Assembly: GCA_964532925.1 (NCBI GenBank)
Contig: CAZHIP010000001.1
Coordinates: forward strand, 126,621 to 190,620
From: an uncultured Gammaproteobacteria bacterium
GTDB taxonomy: Bacteria > Patescibacteriota > Patescibacteriia > GWA2-47-26
Reading direction: 5' to 3'
DNA length: 64,000 nt
The notes beneath the pieces were generated by a model. That model searched no databases, was not told the origin of the DNA, and saw only the letters and a list, made by a program, of their open reading frames with translations. Positions within the stretch are counted from its first letter, which is position 1. Every line of letters starts with the position of its first letter. The position numbers and the translations under genes are program-made. Positions 7,689-17,582 of the stretch are shown here, piece by piece.

Positions 7689-9791
7689 ATGTTGACCCCT
7701 GAATCTCTCGTAGGCGCTTTGAGCCCTGTTGCACGGCCGGTAGCTAAGCAGCTCGCCACACTCGGGATTATGACCGTGCGCGATCTTTTGTATCACTTTC
7801 CGCGGCGATACGAGGACTGGAGTCATGTTGTCGCGCTCGATGAGCTCCAACCCGGCAACGAAGTGACGGTACATGTGTTTGTCGAACAAATTCGAAGCTG
7901 GCGGACAAAAACGCGTAAACTTACCATTACCGAAGCGGTTGTCCGCGATGCTAGTGTGGATGCAGAAGGCGTGCCGCGGGGGATTATAAAAGTGGGTTGG
8001 TTTAATCAGCCATTTTTGATAAAAAATATTCCAGCTGGCACAGAAGTGTATTTAGCTGGACGTGTTGATCCGCGGGGTGATTGGCTTATGACCGCACCTA
8101 TGGTGGAACGAGTACCCACGGGAGTGCGCGGATCAATTCATACGGCTGCGATTATCCCCATGTATCCTGCAACCGAACGGATTACACAGAAACAGATTCG
8201 TTTTCTCATGAAGATGGCACTGCGCGTTGTGCCGCAGATGGTTGAATGGTTGCCAGACGCTATCATGAAACAGTTCGGGTTTTTGCATCTATCGAACGCA
8301 CTCTCAGCGCTGCATTTTCCAAAATCACAAGACGAGCTTGACCAGGCACTTGCGCGGTTTAAATTTGAAGAACTATTGTTGCCACAACTCTATTCGGCTA
8401 TGATGCGCGAAAAGATTCGTACCGAGCGGGCTATTGTGGTGCCATTTCAAGAAAATATCACGAAGGGGTTTGTTCAAAGCTTGAGCTTTCAGCTGACGGA
8501 AGACCAGCGCCGTACCGCATGGGAGGCGCTCCAGGATATGCAAAAAAGCTACCCAATGAACCGACTTGTAGAAGGCGAGGTTGGTTCGGGTAAAACGGTG
8601 GTCGCAGCCATTGCGGCGCTCAATGCGATTAAGGCAAAAGCTCAAGTGGCGATTTTGGCGCCGACAGAAATTCTTGCTGTCCAGCATTACGCAACACTTT
8701 CAAAAATGCTCGGGAGTCATGGCGTGCGTGTTGCACTTTTAACAGCAAACCATATTCGATTTGGTGGGGATGAGGGGTTTTTGTTTAAGAATAGTTCTCA
8801 AAAAGGAACAGCATGTCGCGAGATGGTTGCAGATGGCGTCATTGATCTTATTATTGGCACCCACGCGCTCATTGAAGATGCGGTGAGTTTTGCAAAACTA
8901 GGGCTTGCGATTATCGACGAACAGCACCGATTTGGTGTTCGTCAGCGCGAAGCGTTGCGGAAAAAAACAGGAGGTAAGCACACGCCACATTTGCTCGCAC
9001 TTTCTGCTACGCCGATTCCACGAACGCTAGCGCTTGCGTTTCTTGGTGACATGGCGGTTTCGCAAATGCGTGCGATGCCGAGTGGTCGAGCAAAAATTGT
9101 TACAGAAATCGCTACCGACGCGAACCGCGCACATGTGTACAAGCGCATGCGGGAGACTGTTCTACGCGGTGAGCGTGTGTACGTGGTGTGCCCGCTGATT
9201 GATCCGAGTGAATTGGTTGGTGCTTTGCGGTCGGTGGCGCATGAAGAAAAAGAATTGGAAAAAGAGTTTAAGGATCAGGTGACGATTTTGCATGGGCGCA
9301 TGAAACCAGATGCACGCGAACAAGCCATGCAGGACTTTAAAGATGGCAAAAAACCAATACTCGTGAGCACGACGGTAATTGAGGTCGGCGTTGATGTGCC
9401 ACTCGCTACACTGATTGTGATTATTAATGCCGAACGATTTGGTCTGGCACAATTGCATCAGTTGCGTGGGCGCGTTGGCAGAGGGAATCGTCCGGGCTCA
9501 TGTGTGTTGATAAGTGGCATTATGGGCGGCCCGCCGTATCAACGATTACGTGCGTTTATAGATTGTAACGACGGGTTTGAGCTTGCAGAAAAAGATCTGG
9601 CGCTTCGAGGCCCTGGTGAAGTATGGGGGACTGATCAGTCGGGGTTTCCGACCTTCCGTATTGCGAGTGTGCAGGATCAAAAAATGATGATGGAAGCGCG
9701 AAAAGTCGCCGATGAGCTTATTGGTGATATACAAAAATATCCTTTACTTCAAAAACGATTAGAAGATTTCGCACGAGCTAGGCAGAGTTAG
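7689..9791 (+). CDS. recG: ATP-dependent DNA helicase RecG
   Basis: DEQHRFGV helicase motif, GSGKT P-loop and a wedge-domain N-terminus. The ORF is open from 7641, but Met at 7689 (MLTPESLVG...) avoids a head-on overlap with mutY. Confidence 0.85.
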   Translation: MLTPESLVGALSPVARPVAKQLATLGIMTVRDLLYHFPRRYEDWSHVVALDELQPGNEVTVHVFVEQIRSWRTKTRKLTITEAVVRDASVDAEGVPRGIIKVGWFNQPFLIKNIPAGTEVYLAGRVDPRGDWLMTAPMVERVPTGVRGSIHTAAIIPMYPATERITQKQIRFLMKMALRVVPQMVEWLPDAIMKQFGFLHLSNALSALHFPKSQDELDQALARFKFEELLLPQLYSAMMREKIRTERAIVVPFQENITKGFVQSLSFQLTEDQRRTAWEALQDMQKSYPMNRLVEGEVGSGKTVVAAIAALNAIKAKAQVAILAPTEILAVQHYATLSKMLGSHGVRVALLTANHIRFGGDEGFLFKNSSQKGTACREMVADGVIDLIIGTHALIEDAVSFAKLGLAIIDEQHRFGVRQREALRKKTGGKHTPHLLALSATPIPRTLALAFLGDMAVSQMRAMPSGRAKIVTEIATDANRAHVYKRMRETVLRGERVYVVCPLIDPSELVGALRSVAHEEKELEKEFKDQVTILHGRMKPDAREQAMQDFKDGKKPILVSTTVIEVGVDVPLATLIVIINAERFGLAQLHQLRGRVGRGNRPGSCVLISGIMGGPPYQRLRAFIDCNDGFELAEKDLALRGPGEVWGTDQSGFPTFRIASVQDQKMMMEARKVADELIGDIQKYPLLQKRLEDFARARQS

Positions 9792-10978
9792 CAGCCTCCG
9801 CCAAGAAGACTAACTTTGATCAAAGCTTCTTTGCTTTTTTGTAAGACAGTTGCGATGTCGCCGGTTGCACTTTTTTGGAATCCGCCTTCGGGTCGTCGGT
9901 TGAAATGCCATGGTTCGAAAGCTTTACTGCAAACATTTGTGTCCATGAGTACACCATATCCATTTGCAAGCATTGCGCCAATCAGCTTGATTTGGCATTC
10001 ATTTGTAGCCCAACATAAGCGCCCCGCAGAGGTTGTAATACCAGGACAAGTTCCGCAACCTGGGCCAGTAGCAAATAGGTCAAGTGAGTTTACATGTGTG
10101 CATCCGGCATAGGCTGGGTTTGGTTGATCTTTTCCCAGCCACATTTTTGGGTTTGATGCAGTCGCTACAGAACAGTTTACGTAGTTGCGCTTGAGCTCGC
10201 TCCATTCGCAGCGTTTTTTTACTAAGTTAATCTGCGTATTCATGCTTCGTGCGCCGGATCCGCGGATACCTAGTCCTAGAGAACTCATGACTTGCGCAGC
10301 CTTGAGTAGGGGTTGTTGATTGAACTGTGTTGTTAAAAGGCTACGCGATAATGCACCTTGCGCGGTAACTTGAGTGATAGGCGATCGCTGGTTTTCTGGC
10401 CAACGTGTATTTACCCAACCAACTCCACACAGTGGGTCGGGAGTGCCACCATCCCCTTCGTCATCGGGTGTAGTTGCATCTTCAACGTCATCAATCTCTT
10501 CGTATTGCACCAGTTTAATTTTCAAATTTTTGAATGTCACAAGATCGGGATTGATTATAAAGAGAACAGTATACGACCCGAGTGCAAGTATGAGACCAAC
10601 TAATGCACCACTAATGCGTTCTTTTGCATGTTTAATTTTTCCGGCATCGCCGGCAGCCAGAAGCCACTGAAAGCCTGCAATAACAATTATGACGCCTGCC
10701 ATGACGCCTGCTACTCCAATCAGATATTTATAGAGCATAGCAAAATATTCTGCCATGTAGGGGATGTAGCCGTAGGCTGTGGTTTGGCCGTCGCTCGTTG
10801 TGTCTGCGGTTAAGATTTTTGAAAATTTAAAATCTGGGGCAATGGGAATCTGAAGTTTTGGTTCAATTGAGTTTAGTGTTGTTGGTTCTGGGTCGGCAGC
10901 GTGAACAGGAGAAGAAGGACGGGTGAATGCGCCGCCAACTAGTAGAAATATTGCTAAGACAAAAAAAATCTTTCTCAT
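9788..10978 (-). CDS. secreted/membrane fusion protein: TrbC/VirB2-pilin-like two-helix hairpin plus acidic linker plus Cys-rich LAS-family (M15/VanY-like) metallopeptidase domain
   Basis: 396 aa. Signal peptide, then two TM helices separated by GDAGKIKHAKER, then a 10-Cys C-terminal domain with THVNSLD and EPWHFNR motifs resembling the H-x-D and E-W-W-H motifs of D-Ala-D-Ala carboxypeptidase (VanY) family enzymes. Confidence 0.45.
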   Translation of the reverse strand: MRKIFFVLAIFLLVGGAFTRPSSPVHAADPEPTTLNSIEPKLQIPIAPDFKFSKILTADTTSDGQTTAYGYIPYMAEYFAMLYKYLIGVAGVMAGVIIVIAGFQWLLAAGDAGKIKHAKERISGALVGLILALGSYTVLFIINPDLVTFKNLKIKLVQYEEIDDVEDATTPDDEGDGGTPDPLCGVGWVNTRWPENQRSPITQVTAQGALSRSLLTTQFNQQPLLKAAQVMSSLGLGIRGSGARSMNTQINLVKKRCEWSELKRNYVNCSVATASNPKMWLGKDQPNPAYAGCTHVNSLDLFATGPGCGTCPGITTSAGRLCWATNECQIKLIGAMLANGYGVLMDTNVCSKAFEPWHFNRRPEGGFQKSATGDIATVLQKSKEALIKVSLLGGGC

Positions 10979-11631
10979 GGTATATAGTTTTGTATCGCGT
11001 CTTCGATATCGCCTTTGTCAAAACTGCCGCGTGCCTTACCAATAAAGAAGTAGGGAGTCGCATCAACATTGAGTGCAACACCTTCTGCAATCGTAAGATC
11101 GATCATTTGCGCCGTGATTGCGGAAGCAAGGCACGTATCGAAGGATGTCTTGTTGAGTTTTAGCTCTTCTGCGATGAGCGTGAGGCTACCCATGTCGACG
11201 ATTTCATCTTGACGCTCAAAGAGTGTGTCATGAAATTCCCAATATTTTCCTTGTGCACCAGCGCAGCGGGCGGCGATGGCGGCATTGCGGGCAAGAGGGT
11301 GGATTTTCGTATTTGGCATGTCTTTCCAGATGAGTCGAATGCGTGGATTGTTTTTCATGAGTTTCTGAATCGCGGCGTGTGCATCAACGCAGGAAGGGCA
11401 AAAGTAATCGCCAAATTCGACAATGGTAATATCAGCAATTTTACTACCGCGCACTGGGTCGGTGCCGCCAATGATGGGGGAAGCTAAGATTAGTTTTTCT
11501 TGCTGGGGAGTGGTAGGTGTTTTTGGGGTTGCGGGATTCCAAATGAGGTAGCCCCAGGCACCGACAATCAAAGCCAAAAAACACAAACCACCAAGTACGA
11601 GCCCGTTGTGTTTGTGTGAAAGAGTATTCAT
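10975..11631 (-). CDS. dsbA: DsbA-family thiol:disulfide oxidoreductase (thioredoxin fold, membrane-anchored)
   Basis: 218 aa. N-terminal TM helix and active site FCPSC. Its stop overlaps the start of the Cys-rich gene downstream (ATGA). Confidence 0.75.
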   Translation of the reverse strand: MNTLSHKHNGLVLGGLCFLALIVGAWGYLIWNPATPKTPTTPQQEKLILASPIIGGTDPVRGSKIADITIVEFGDYFCPSCVDAHAAIQKLMKNNPRIRLIWKDMPNTKIHPLARNAAIAARCAGAQGKYWEFHDTLFERQDEIVDMGSLTLIAEELKLNKTSFDTCLASAITAQMIDLTIAEGVALNVDATPYFFIGKARGSFDKGDIEDAIQNYIP

Positions 11632-11632
11632 G

Positions 11633-12856
11633 CTATTTGACCGTCAACGACTCGAGTTGGCCAGTTGATTGGTTGCGAATGAACAATGTGTTGCCGGTGG
11701 CTGGTGCAATAATCTCGCTAATAGTACGCGGGATTTCTGGTGTTGCTACGAGCGTGGTTGCACCATTGGCAATATCAATACGGTAGATGTTGTCGGGTGT
11801 GTTGTTGGCGATTTCACGTAAGAGGCCGGCACCATCGGGGAGCTCTGTTGGAACGGCGCAATAGGCGATGGTCGCACTGGCAAATGTGCATTTGTCTGCC
11901 CAGGTAGCAATAGGAAGTGGGGTTTTGTTTTGACCAATGGTGTCGGGAGTACCGCGCGTGACCCATAGTCGCGGACGAAGCTGGTTGGTGCTGTCGGTAA
12001 CACTGTAGAGGAGAATATTTCCGTCGGGTGACCATTGCGGGTTGAAGTCGATACCGTTCACGCGGAGGGATTTGAAGTTTTCGTGATTTTTCCCAACCAG
12101 TAAAATTTCTTGATCATTGAAAGTGCTAGGAGTTGATGGGGTTCGCGAGAAGGCGATTACGTGATCATTTGGCGACCAAGCAACAATGACTTTGCTGGCA
12201 TTATCACCCAATGGTTCAATAGCCTGTGCACTCGAACCATTGTCGTTCGCTACTGCAAGCCAGCGGTTGCCTGCTTCGGCCCCAATAGAGAGAAAGGCGA
12301 TTTGCTTTCCACTGGGTGCAAACTCAAACGCCTGCCAATGGCTCGGCAGAGTAACCTGTTGCTTTGTATCAAAGTTGTAGAGCGTTTTTGCGCCATCGGG
12401 ATATTCTAAAATGGCTTTTGTGTCTTTGGGTGACCAGGTGACGTTGCTGACGTTGTAGAACACTTTGTCGGAAAGTAATGTGGTGGTGCCATCGTTTCCG
12501 GCATGCATGAATTGTCCGGTAGAGGAGTTGTAGAAATTGAGCCCGTTGCCGTCAGTCGATCGACTTAGTGCAAGAACCGGAGCATTGGTAATAGTAGTAA
12601 TTGGTGTGCTGGTAGGCGTGGTTGCAATAGGTGGTGGAACAATCGCCGGAGTTACCGAAACGGTTGTGCCGTCGGGGCGAGTAGTGGTGCCAGCGGGAGC
12701 CAGTGATCCTCCGCCAAGCGGTTGCGTCGATCCATCTGGTGGAGTTATGGGTGGCGGTAGTACGGTCGGACTTTTGAAAAAGACATAATATAATGCAAAC
12801 GCCAGCGCCACAGCGACAGTGAGGAGGATAAGAGCGATGAAGAGTTTGCGTCTCAT
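11633..12856 (-). CDS. membrane-anchored TolB-like beta-propeller (PD40/WD40-like repeat) protein
   Basis: Repeated W/F-SPDG motifs (WSPKDTKAI, FAPSGKQIAF, WSPNDHVIAF, WSPDGNILLY). N-terminal TM helix and a Pro/Thr-rich linker. Start chosen at the internal Met (MRRKLF...) at 12856. Confidence 0.6.
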   Translation of the reverse strand: MRRKLFIALILLTVAVALAFALYYVFFKSPTVLPPPITPPDGSTQPLGGGSLAPAGTTTRPDGTTVSVTPAIVPPPIATTPTSTPITTITNAPVLALSRSTDGNGLNFYNSSTGQFMHAGNDGTTTLLSDKVFYNVSNVTWSPKDTKAILEYPDGAKTLYNFDTKQQVTLPSHWQAFEFAPSGKQIAFLSIGAEAGNRWLAVANDNGSSAQAIEPLGDNASKVIVAWSPNDHVIAFSRTPSTPSTFNDQEILLVGKNHENFKSLRVNGIDFNPQWSPDGNILLYSVTDSTNQLRPRLWVTRGTPDTIGQNKTPLPIATWADKCTFASATIAYCAVPTELPDGAGLLREIANNTPDNIYRIDIANGATTLVATPEIPRTISEIIAPATGNTLFIRNQSTGQLESLTVK

Positions 12857-12917
12857 ACAGTAATACGTCCTAGGAATAATTGCAGTTGGTACGAAGTTGA
12901 TAATTATACCGCGAATA

Positions 12918-12950
12918 CAAAAAACCCGCACCTAGTTAGTGCGGGTTTTG
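12918..12950. terminator. bidirectional intrinsic terminator (CCCGCAC/GTGCGGG)
   Basis: AAAAAACCCGCACctagttaGTGCGGGTTTTG, immediately downstream of htpX on the minus strand. Confidence 0.6.
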
Positions 12951-12951
12951 T

Positions 12952-13845
12952 TTAGTGGCCCATTGTTCGCAGTTGTTTGATGCGATCATCGATTGGAGGG
13001 TGTGTGGAAAATAGCCCCGCGACAGCACCGCGCATTTTGCCAAACGGATTCGCAATATACATATGTGCCGTTGCGCGATTGGCGCTACGTAATGGCTGGT
13101 TTTCCTGCTTGATTTTCTCGAGTGCGTTTGCGAGACCTTCGGGATAGCGCGTGAGGAGTGCTCCAGATGCGTCTGCAAGATATTCACGACGGCGGGAGAT
13201 CGCGAGTTGAATGAGTTGTGCAAAAATAGGTGAGAGGATAATAAAGACGAGACCGACGATCATGAGCACGCCGCCACCAGAGTCGTTGTTACTATCGCGA
13301 CGGCGCCCGCCGAATAGATGCGCGCGCATCATCCAGTCAGCAAGGAGTGATACGAGTCCAACAAGAATAATCACGATCGTCATGACGCGGATATCGTAGT
13401 TTTTGACATGCGAGAGTTCGTGGGCGAGGACACCTTCGAGTTCTTCGTTGGTAAGTTTAGTGAGTGCGCCGGTTGTTACTGCGATAGATGCTTTTTCTGG
13501 GTTGCGGCCAGTGGCAAACGCGTTAATGGCATTGTCTTGCATTACATAGACCTTGGGCATGGGTTGGCCATTGGTGATGCAGAGATTTTCTACCATGTTG
13601 CAGAGGTAGGCGTTGTCGGTTTTGGTTACGGGCTTTGCGTGAGCACTTGAAAGTGCGACTTTGTCGCCGTGATAATACGACACCATGGCCATTATGCTCG
13701 AGAACAAGAGAGCTGGAATCATCATGCCTAGGGCGTCTTGGCCAGAATACCAACCATACCCATAGGCAATACCAGAGATGAGTGCAATGAAGACGACGAT
13801 TAGGAAAACCGTGCGTCGTTTATTTGAAGCAATCTGGTCGTACAT
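12952..13845 (-). CDS. htpX: zinc metalloprotease HtpX (peptidase M48)
   Basis: 297 aa. HELSHV zinc-binding motif and multiple TM helices. Confidence 0.85.
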   Translation of the reverse strand: MYDQIASNKRRTVFLIVVFIALISGIAYGYGWYSGQDALGMMIPALLFSSIMAMVSYYHGDKVALSSAHAKPVTKTDNAYLCNMVENLCITNGQPMPKVYVMQDNAINAFATGRNPEKASIAVTTGALTKLTNEELEGVLAHELSHVKNYDIRVMTIVIILVGLVSLLADWMMRAHLFGGRRRDSNNDSGGGVLMIVGLVFIILSPIFAQLIQLAISRRREYLADASGALLTRYPEGLANALEKIKQENQPLRSANRATAHMYIANPFGKMRGAVAGLFSTHPPIDDRIKQLRTMGH

Positions 13846-13848
13846 GGC

Positions 13849-14406
13849 TTATGAGAATTTAACCGACACTGGTTCGCGTTCTAGCTCGCTCGTGAGCTCA
13901 AAGAATGTTTTTGCCTTGAATGAGAACATGCCGGCAATGGTATTGGTGGGGAATGTTTGGATTGCGGTGTTCAAGTCGCGAACGTTGCCATTGTAGAAGC
14001 GGCGAGCAGCTTGAATCTTGTTTTCGGTGTCAGCGAGTTCGTCTTGGAGTTGCAAGAAGTTTTGTGAAGCTTTGAGTTCTGGGTAACTTTCGGCAACAGC
14101 GAACAACGTCTTTAATGTACCCGTCAATGCATTTTCTGCCTTGGCGTGTTCTTCGGGTGTGGTTGCTTGCATGGCCATGCTTCGAGCGGCGGTGACTTTC
14201 TCGAGAGTTTCTCGTTCGTGGGTCATGTATCCTTTGACTGCTTCGACGAGATTGGGGATGAGGTCGTAGCGACGTTTGAGCTGTACATCAATATCTGACC
14301 ACGCTTCTTCGGAGCGGGTGCGCAAGGTTACGAGTCGGTTGTAGCTTGCGATAAGCCACACCACAAGAACCGCGAGAACGATGAGTAGAATCCACAGAAT
14401 GCCCAT
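13849..14406 (-). CDS. lemA: LemA-family protein
   Basis: 185 aa. N-terminal TM helix plus the conserved LemA core (RYDLIPNLVE...FYNGNVRDLN). Conserved lemA-htpX pairing. Confidence 0.8.
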   Translation of the reverse strand: MGILWILLIVLAVLVVWLIASYNRLVTLRTRSEEAWSDIDVQLKRRYDLIPNLVEAVKGYMTHERETLEKVTAARSMAMQATTPEEHAKAENALTGTLKTLFAVAESYPELKASQNFLQLQDELADTENKIQAARRFYNGNVRDLNTAIQTFPTNTIAGMFSFKAKTFFELTSELEREPVSVKFS

Positions 14407-14500
14407 ATGAATTACGGTTAAGATTTACTCTAATATCCAAAGAAGTATATACTGTTTTCATGCGTTTCGTCAACGGGCTTTGATACCATAAACACTGGCT

Positions 14501-15283
14501 ATGATTGGAATATTTGACTCGGGTATTGGGGGGTTAATTGTCGCTGCTGCCATACAGAAATCATTTCCGAACGAGCCATTCATCTATTTGGGGGACACGG
14601 CGCGGGTGCCGTATGGGAATAAAAGCAAAGAGGCAATTATTGAATACTCAACGCAAGGCGTGGAATTCTTGATCAAGAACGGTGCTACCATAGTGGTTAT
14701 TGGGTGCAACACTTCATCTGCGGTCGCGTTACCATCTTTACGCAAGCGGTTTTCGGTACCCATTGTAGGAGTGATTGATCCAGCTGTCGCAACCGCGCTC
14801 AAAACTACACAACATCATCGCATTGGAATTATTGGCACGCGTGCAACCATTGGTTCTCATATATATGAAAAAAAGTTGAAAGCGAAGAATAGGAAGACAA
14901 AAGTCTTTGAAGTTGCGACACCACTGTTGGTCCCTTTTATTGAAGAGGGTTGGGTTGATGGTAGCGAAGTAGTGTCGGTGCTTGAGGTATATCTGGCACC
15001 ACTCAAAAAACAGCATGTCGATACATTGATTTTGGGTTGCACACATTATCCTGCGCTGGAACGCCAGATTGGTGAGGTGATGGGTACAGATGTTTTGCTT
15101 ATCTCCTCGGCAACGGCAATTATTGACCCATTGAAAAAACTTTTGAAAACAGATATACTGCCTGGGCAAGAGCGACAAAAAAATCAGTCGCGCCTTTTTG
15201 TGACAGATCGCACACCGTTTGCGGTAGCGATTGCACAACAATGGCTTGGTAAAAATGCCCGATTAGAGCTTACTCATCTGTAA
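14501..15283 (+). CDS. murI: glutamate racemase
   Basis: IGIFDSGIGGL and the GCNT(S) catalytic Cys motifs. Confidence 0.85.
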   Translation: MIGIFDSGIGGLIVAAAIQKSFPNEPFIYLGDTARVPYGNKSKEAIIEYSTQGVEFLIKNGATIVVIGCNTSSAVALPSLRKRFSVPIVGVIDPAVATALKTTQHHRIGIIGTRATIGSHIYEKKLKAKNRKTKVFEVATPLLVPFIEEGWVDGSEVVSVLEVYLAPLKKQHVDTLILGCTHYPALERQIGEVMGTDVLLISSATAIIDPLKKLLKTDILPGQERQKNQSRLFVTDRTPFAVAIAQQWLGKNARLELTHL

Positions 15284-15291
15284 ACCCCTCA

Positions 15292-16452
15292 ATGCTTACT
15301 ATTTTATTGTTCGTAGTAGTTCTCGGGTTGCTCGTATTTGTACACGAGTTTGGGCATTTTATTGTTGCCAAAAAGAGCGGCGTGCATGTGGAGGAGTTTG
15401 GGTTCGGGTTTCCGCCACGCTTGGTTGGTATTCGCCGCGGTCGCGATGGCCGCTATAGCATTGTGTGGGGAAGCAAAGACCAAGACAAAGACGCGCCAAC
15501 CATCTATTCACTCAATTGGTTACCACTTGGCGGGTTTGTAAAGATTACGGGTGAAAGCGGTGAAGATAAGGATCGTAAGGATAGTTTTGCCTCTCGTCCA
15601 ACGTGGCGAAAAGTGTTGATTATTGCTGCCGGTGTCATCATGAACTTTGTACTCGCGGTAGTTTTGATTGCCATTGGATTGAGCGTTGGTACGGTGCGTG
15701 AAGTTCCACAAAATATCTCAAAATATGCTCACGTCTCTGATCGACGGCTCGAAGTCGAAGCCGTTGTTGAGCGTTCTCCGGCAGCAGATGCCGGCGTAAA
15801 ACAAGGTGATCGATTACAGGGAGTGGATGGGAAGGCTATTACTCAAGCGGAGGATTTTCGTTCATATATTACGAGTCACGCCGACAAGCCTATTGCGGTG
15901 CTTTTGAAGCGTGGTGCAGCAGATCTTACATTGAATATCACGCCGAAAACTCTTGCACAAACAGGCAAGCCGGGAATAGGTGTTGCATTCGGTGATGTTG
16001 CTATGGTGCGCTATCCAGTTTGGTTGGCGGTGCCCAAAGCGGTGACAACATCGGTCCAGATGATGGGGATGATTTTTTCAACACTCGGTACGGTTGTCCA
16101 TGATATCGTGGCAGGAAATAAAGTATCGCTTGATGTGGCAGGGCCTGTTGGTATTGCGGTAATGACCGGTGAAGCTGCAAAGCTTGGCTGGTTATATCTC
16201 TTGCAGTTTGTGGCAATCCTGTCCTTAAACCTTGCTGTGATCAATATATTTCCGTTTCCGGCGCTTGATGGCGGACGTATCTTGTTTATTCTGATCGAAC
16301 GCGCGCGCAAAAAACCGCTCAATCAAAAAATCGAAGCGCTGATCCATAACGTTGGTTTCCTATTGCTACTAGGACTTGTAGCACTGGTAACATTTCGTGA
16401 CTTGTCGAAGTTTGGCGGATCAATCGGAAGCTTCTTTAAGCGACTGTTTTAA
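15292..16452 (+). CDS. rseP: RIP metalloprotease RseP (site-2 protease, M50) with PDZ domain
   Basis: HEFGH zinc motif in TM1, a PDZ-like segment and the C-terminal LDGG motif. Confidence 0.8.
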   Translation: MLTILLFVVVLGLLVFVHEFGHFIVAKKSGVHVEEFGFGFPPRLVGIRRGRDGRYSIVWGSKDQDKDAPTIYSLNWLPLGGFVKITGESGEDKDRKDSFASRPTWRKVLIIAAGVIMNFVLAVVLIAIGLSVGTVREVPQNISKYAHVSDRRLEVEAVVERSPAADAGVKQGDRLQGVDGKAITQAEDFRSYITSHADKPIAVLLKRGAADLTLNITPKTLAQTGKPGIGVAFGDVAMVRYPVWLAVPKAVTTSVQMMGMIFSTLGTVVHDIVAGNKVSLDVAGPVGIAVMTGEAAKLGWLYLLQFVAILSLNLAVINIFPFPALDGGRILFILIERARKKPLNQKIEALIHNVGFLLLLGLVALVTFRDLSKFGGSIGSFFKRLF

Positions 16453-16483
16453 CTAGGTATCTCTTCGACATGCTCAGGGAATA

Positions 16484-17581
16484 TTGTCTGAGTGTATCGA
16501 AGACGTACAAAAAATTGTTATGTCAGAGATGAACACAAAAATTGATCAGCTTCTTCTCCGTGCAGACGAGATTACGCAAGAGATGAATGAGCGCGTAAAA
16601 CCTGGACTCTCTTCCGAGGCGCTTGAAGAATTGCGATTGGAATATTTTGGGAGGCAACGCGGCAAGGTCAAAGAGATTACAGACGCCCTTGCTGTTATCA
16701 GCGTTGATGAGAAAAAATTACTTGGTGCACGACTCAATACACTGAAACAAGTTGCGGAGTTAGCTTTTGCTTCAGCGCTATCTTCGGGTGCGCGTGCGGA
16801 AGCAGTTGATACGACCATGCCGGGTATTCGCCCTGTGGTTGGTCATGCGCATCCGCTCATGGAGTTTTTGACACGTGTTGTTGAGGTGTTTCAGAAGATG
16901 GGTTTTGAAGTTGCTGATGGGCCAGAGGTTGAGACAGAACAGTTCAACTTTGATCTTTTGAATGTCCCCGCACATCATCCTGCGCGCGACATGCATGATA
17001 CGTTTTGGTTGAAGCAGACAGGCAGCGAAAAAACACTTCTCCGCACGCACACATCAGCAGTGCAGTTGCGATCGATGCTAGAAAAGGATGCGAAAGGGAA
17101 ACCTGTTCGGCGACCACCTGTGCGTCTGATTGTGCCGGGTCGCGTGTTTCGCAACGAAGCCACAGACGCTTCTCATGAAACCACGTTTTATCAATGCGAA
17201 GGTTTGGTTATTGATAAAGGTATCAAGGTTACTGACCTCATGGGTACGCTCGAGGTGTTTTTGAAAGAGTTGTTTGGTGCGGCAAAGATTCGCATTCGTC
17301 CGCATTATTATCCGTTCGTTGAGCCAGGCATGGACATCGACATGGCGTGCCTTATTTGTGGTGGTTCTGGTTGTAGTGTTTGTAAGCGCACCGGCTGGCT
17401 CGAAATGATGGGAGCAGGCATGGTGCATCCACAGGTGCTTCGCAATATGAAGATTGATCCCACTGAATATTCCGGATTTGCGTTTGGTATGGGCATTGAT
17501 CGATTCATGATGCTTTACAATGGCATCAATGATGTGCGCTTATCGTGGTCAGGTGATCTTGATTTCCTCGAACAATTTTAG
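16484..17581 (+). CDS. pheS: phenylalanine--tRNA ligase alpha subunit
   Basis: Class II motifs (FRNEATDASHETTFYQCEG, GMGIDR). Alternative starts are at 16520 or 16529. Confidence 0.9.
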   Translation: MSECIEDVQKIVMSEMNTKIDQLLLRADEITQEMNERVKPGLSSEALEELRLEYFGRQRGKVKEITDALAVISVDEKKLLGARLNTLKQVAELAFASALSSGARAEAVDTTMPGIRPVVGHAHPLMEFLTRVVEVFQKMGFEVADGPEVETEQFNFDLLNVPAHHPARDMHDTFWLKQTGSEKTLLRTHTSAVQLRSMLEKDAKGKPVRRPPVRLIVPGRVFRNEATDASHETTFYQCEGLVIDKGIKVTDLMGTLEVFLKELFGAAKIRIRPHYYPFVEPGMDIDMACLICGGSGCSVCKRTGWLEMMGAGMVHPQVLRNMKIDPTEYSGFAFGMGIDRFMMLYNGINDVRLSWSGDLDFLEQF

Positions 17582-17582
17582 T

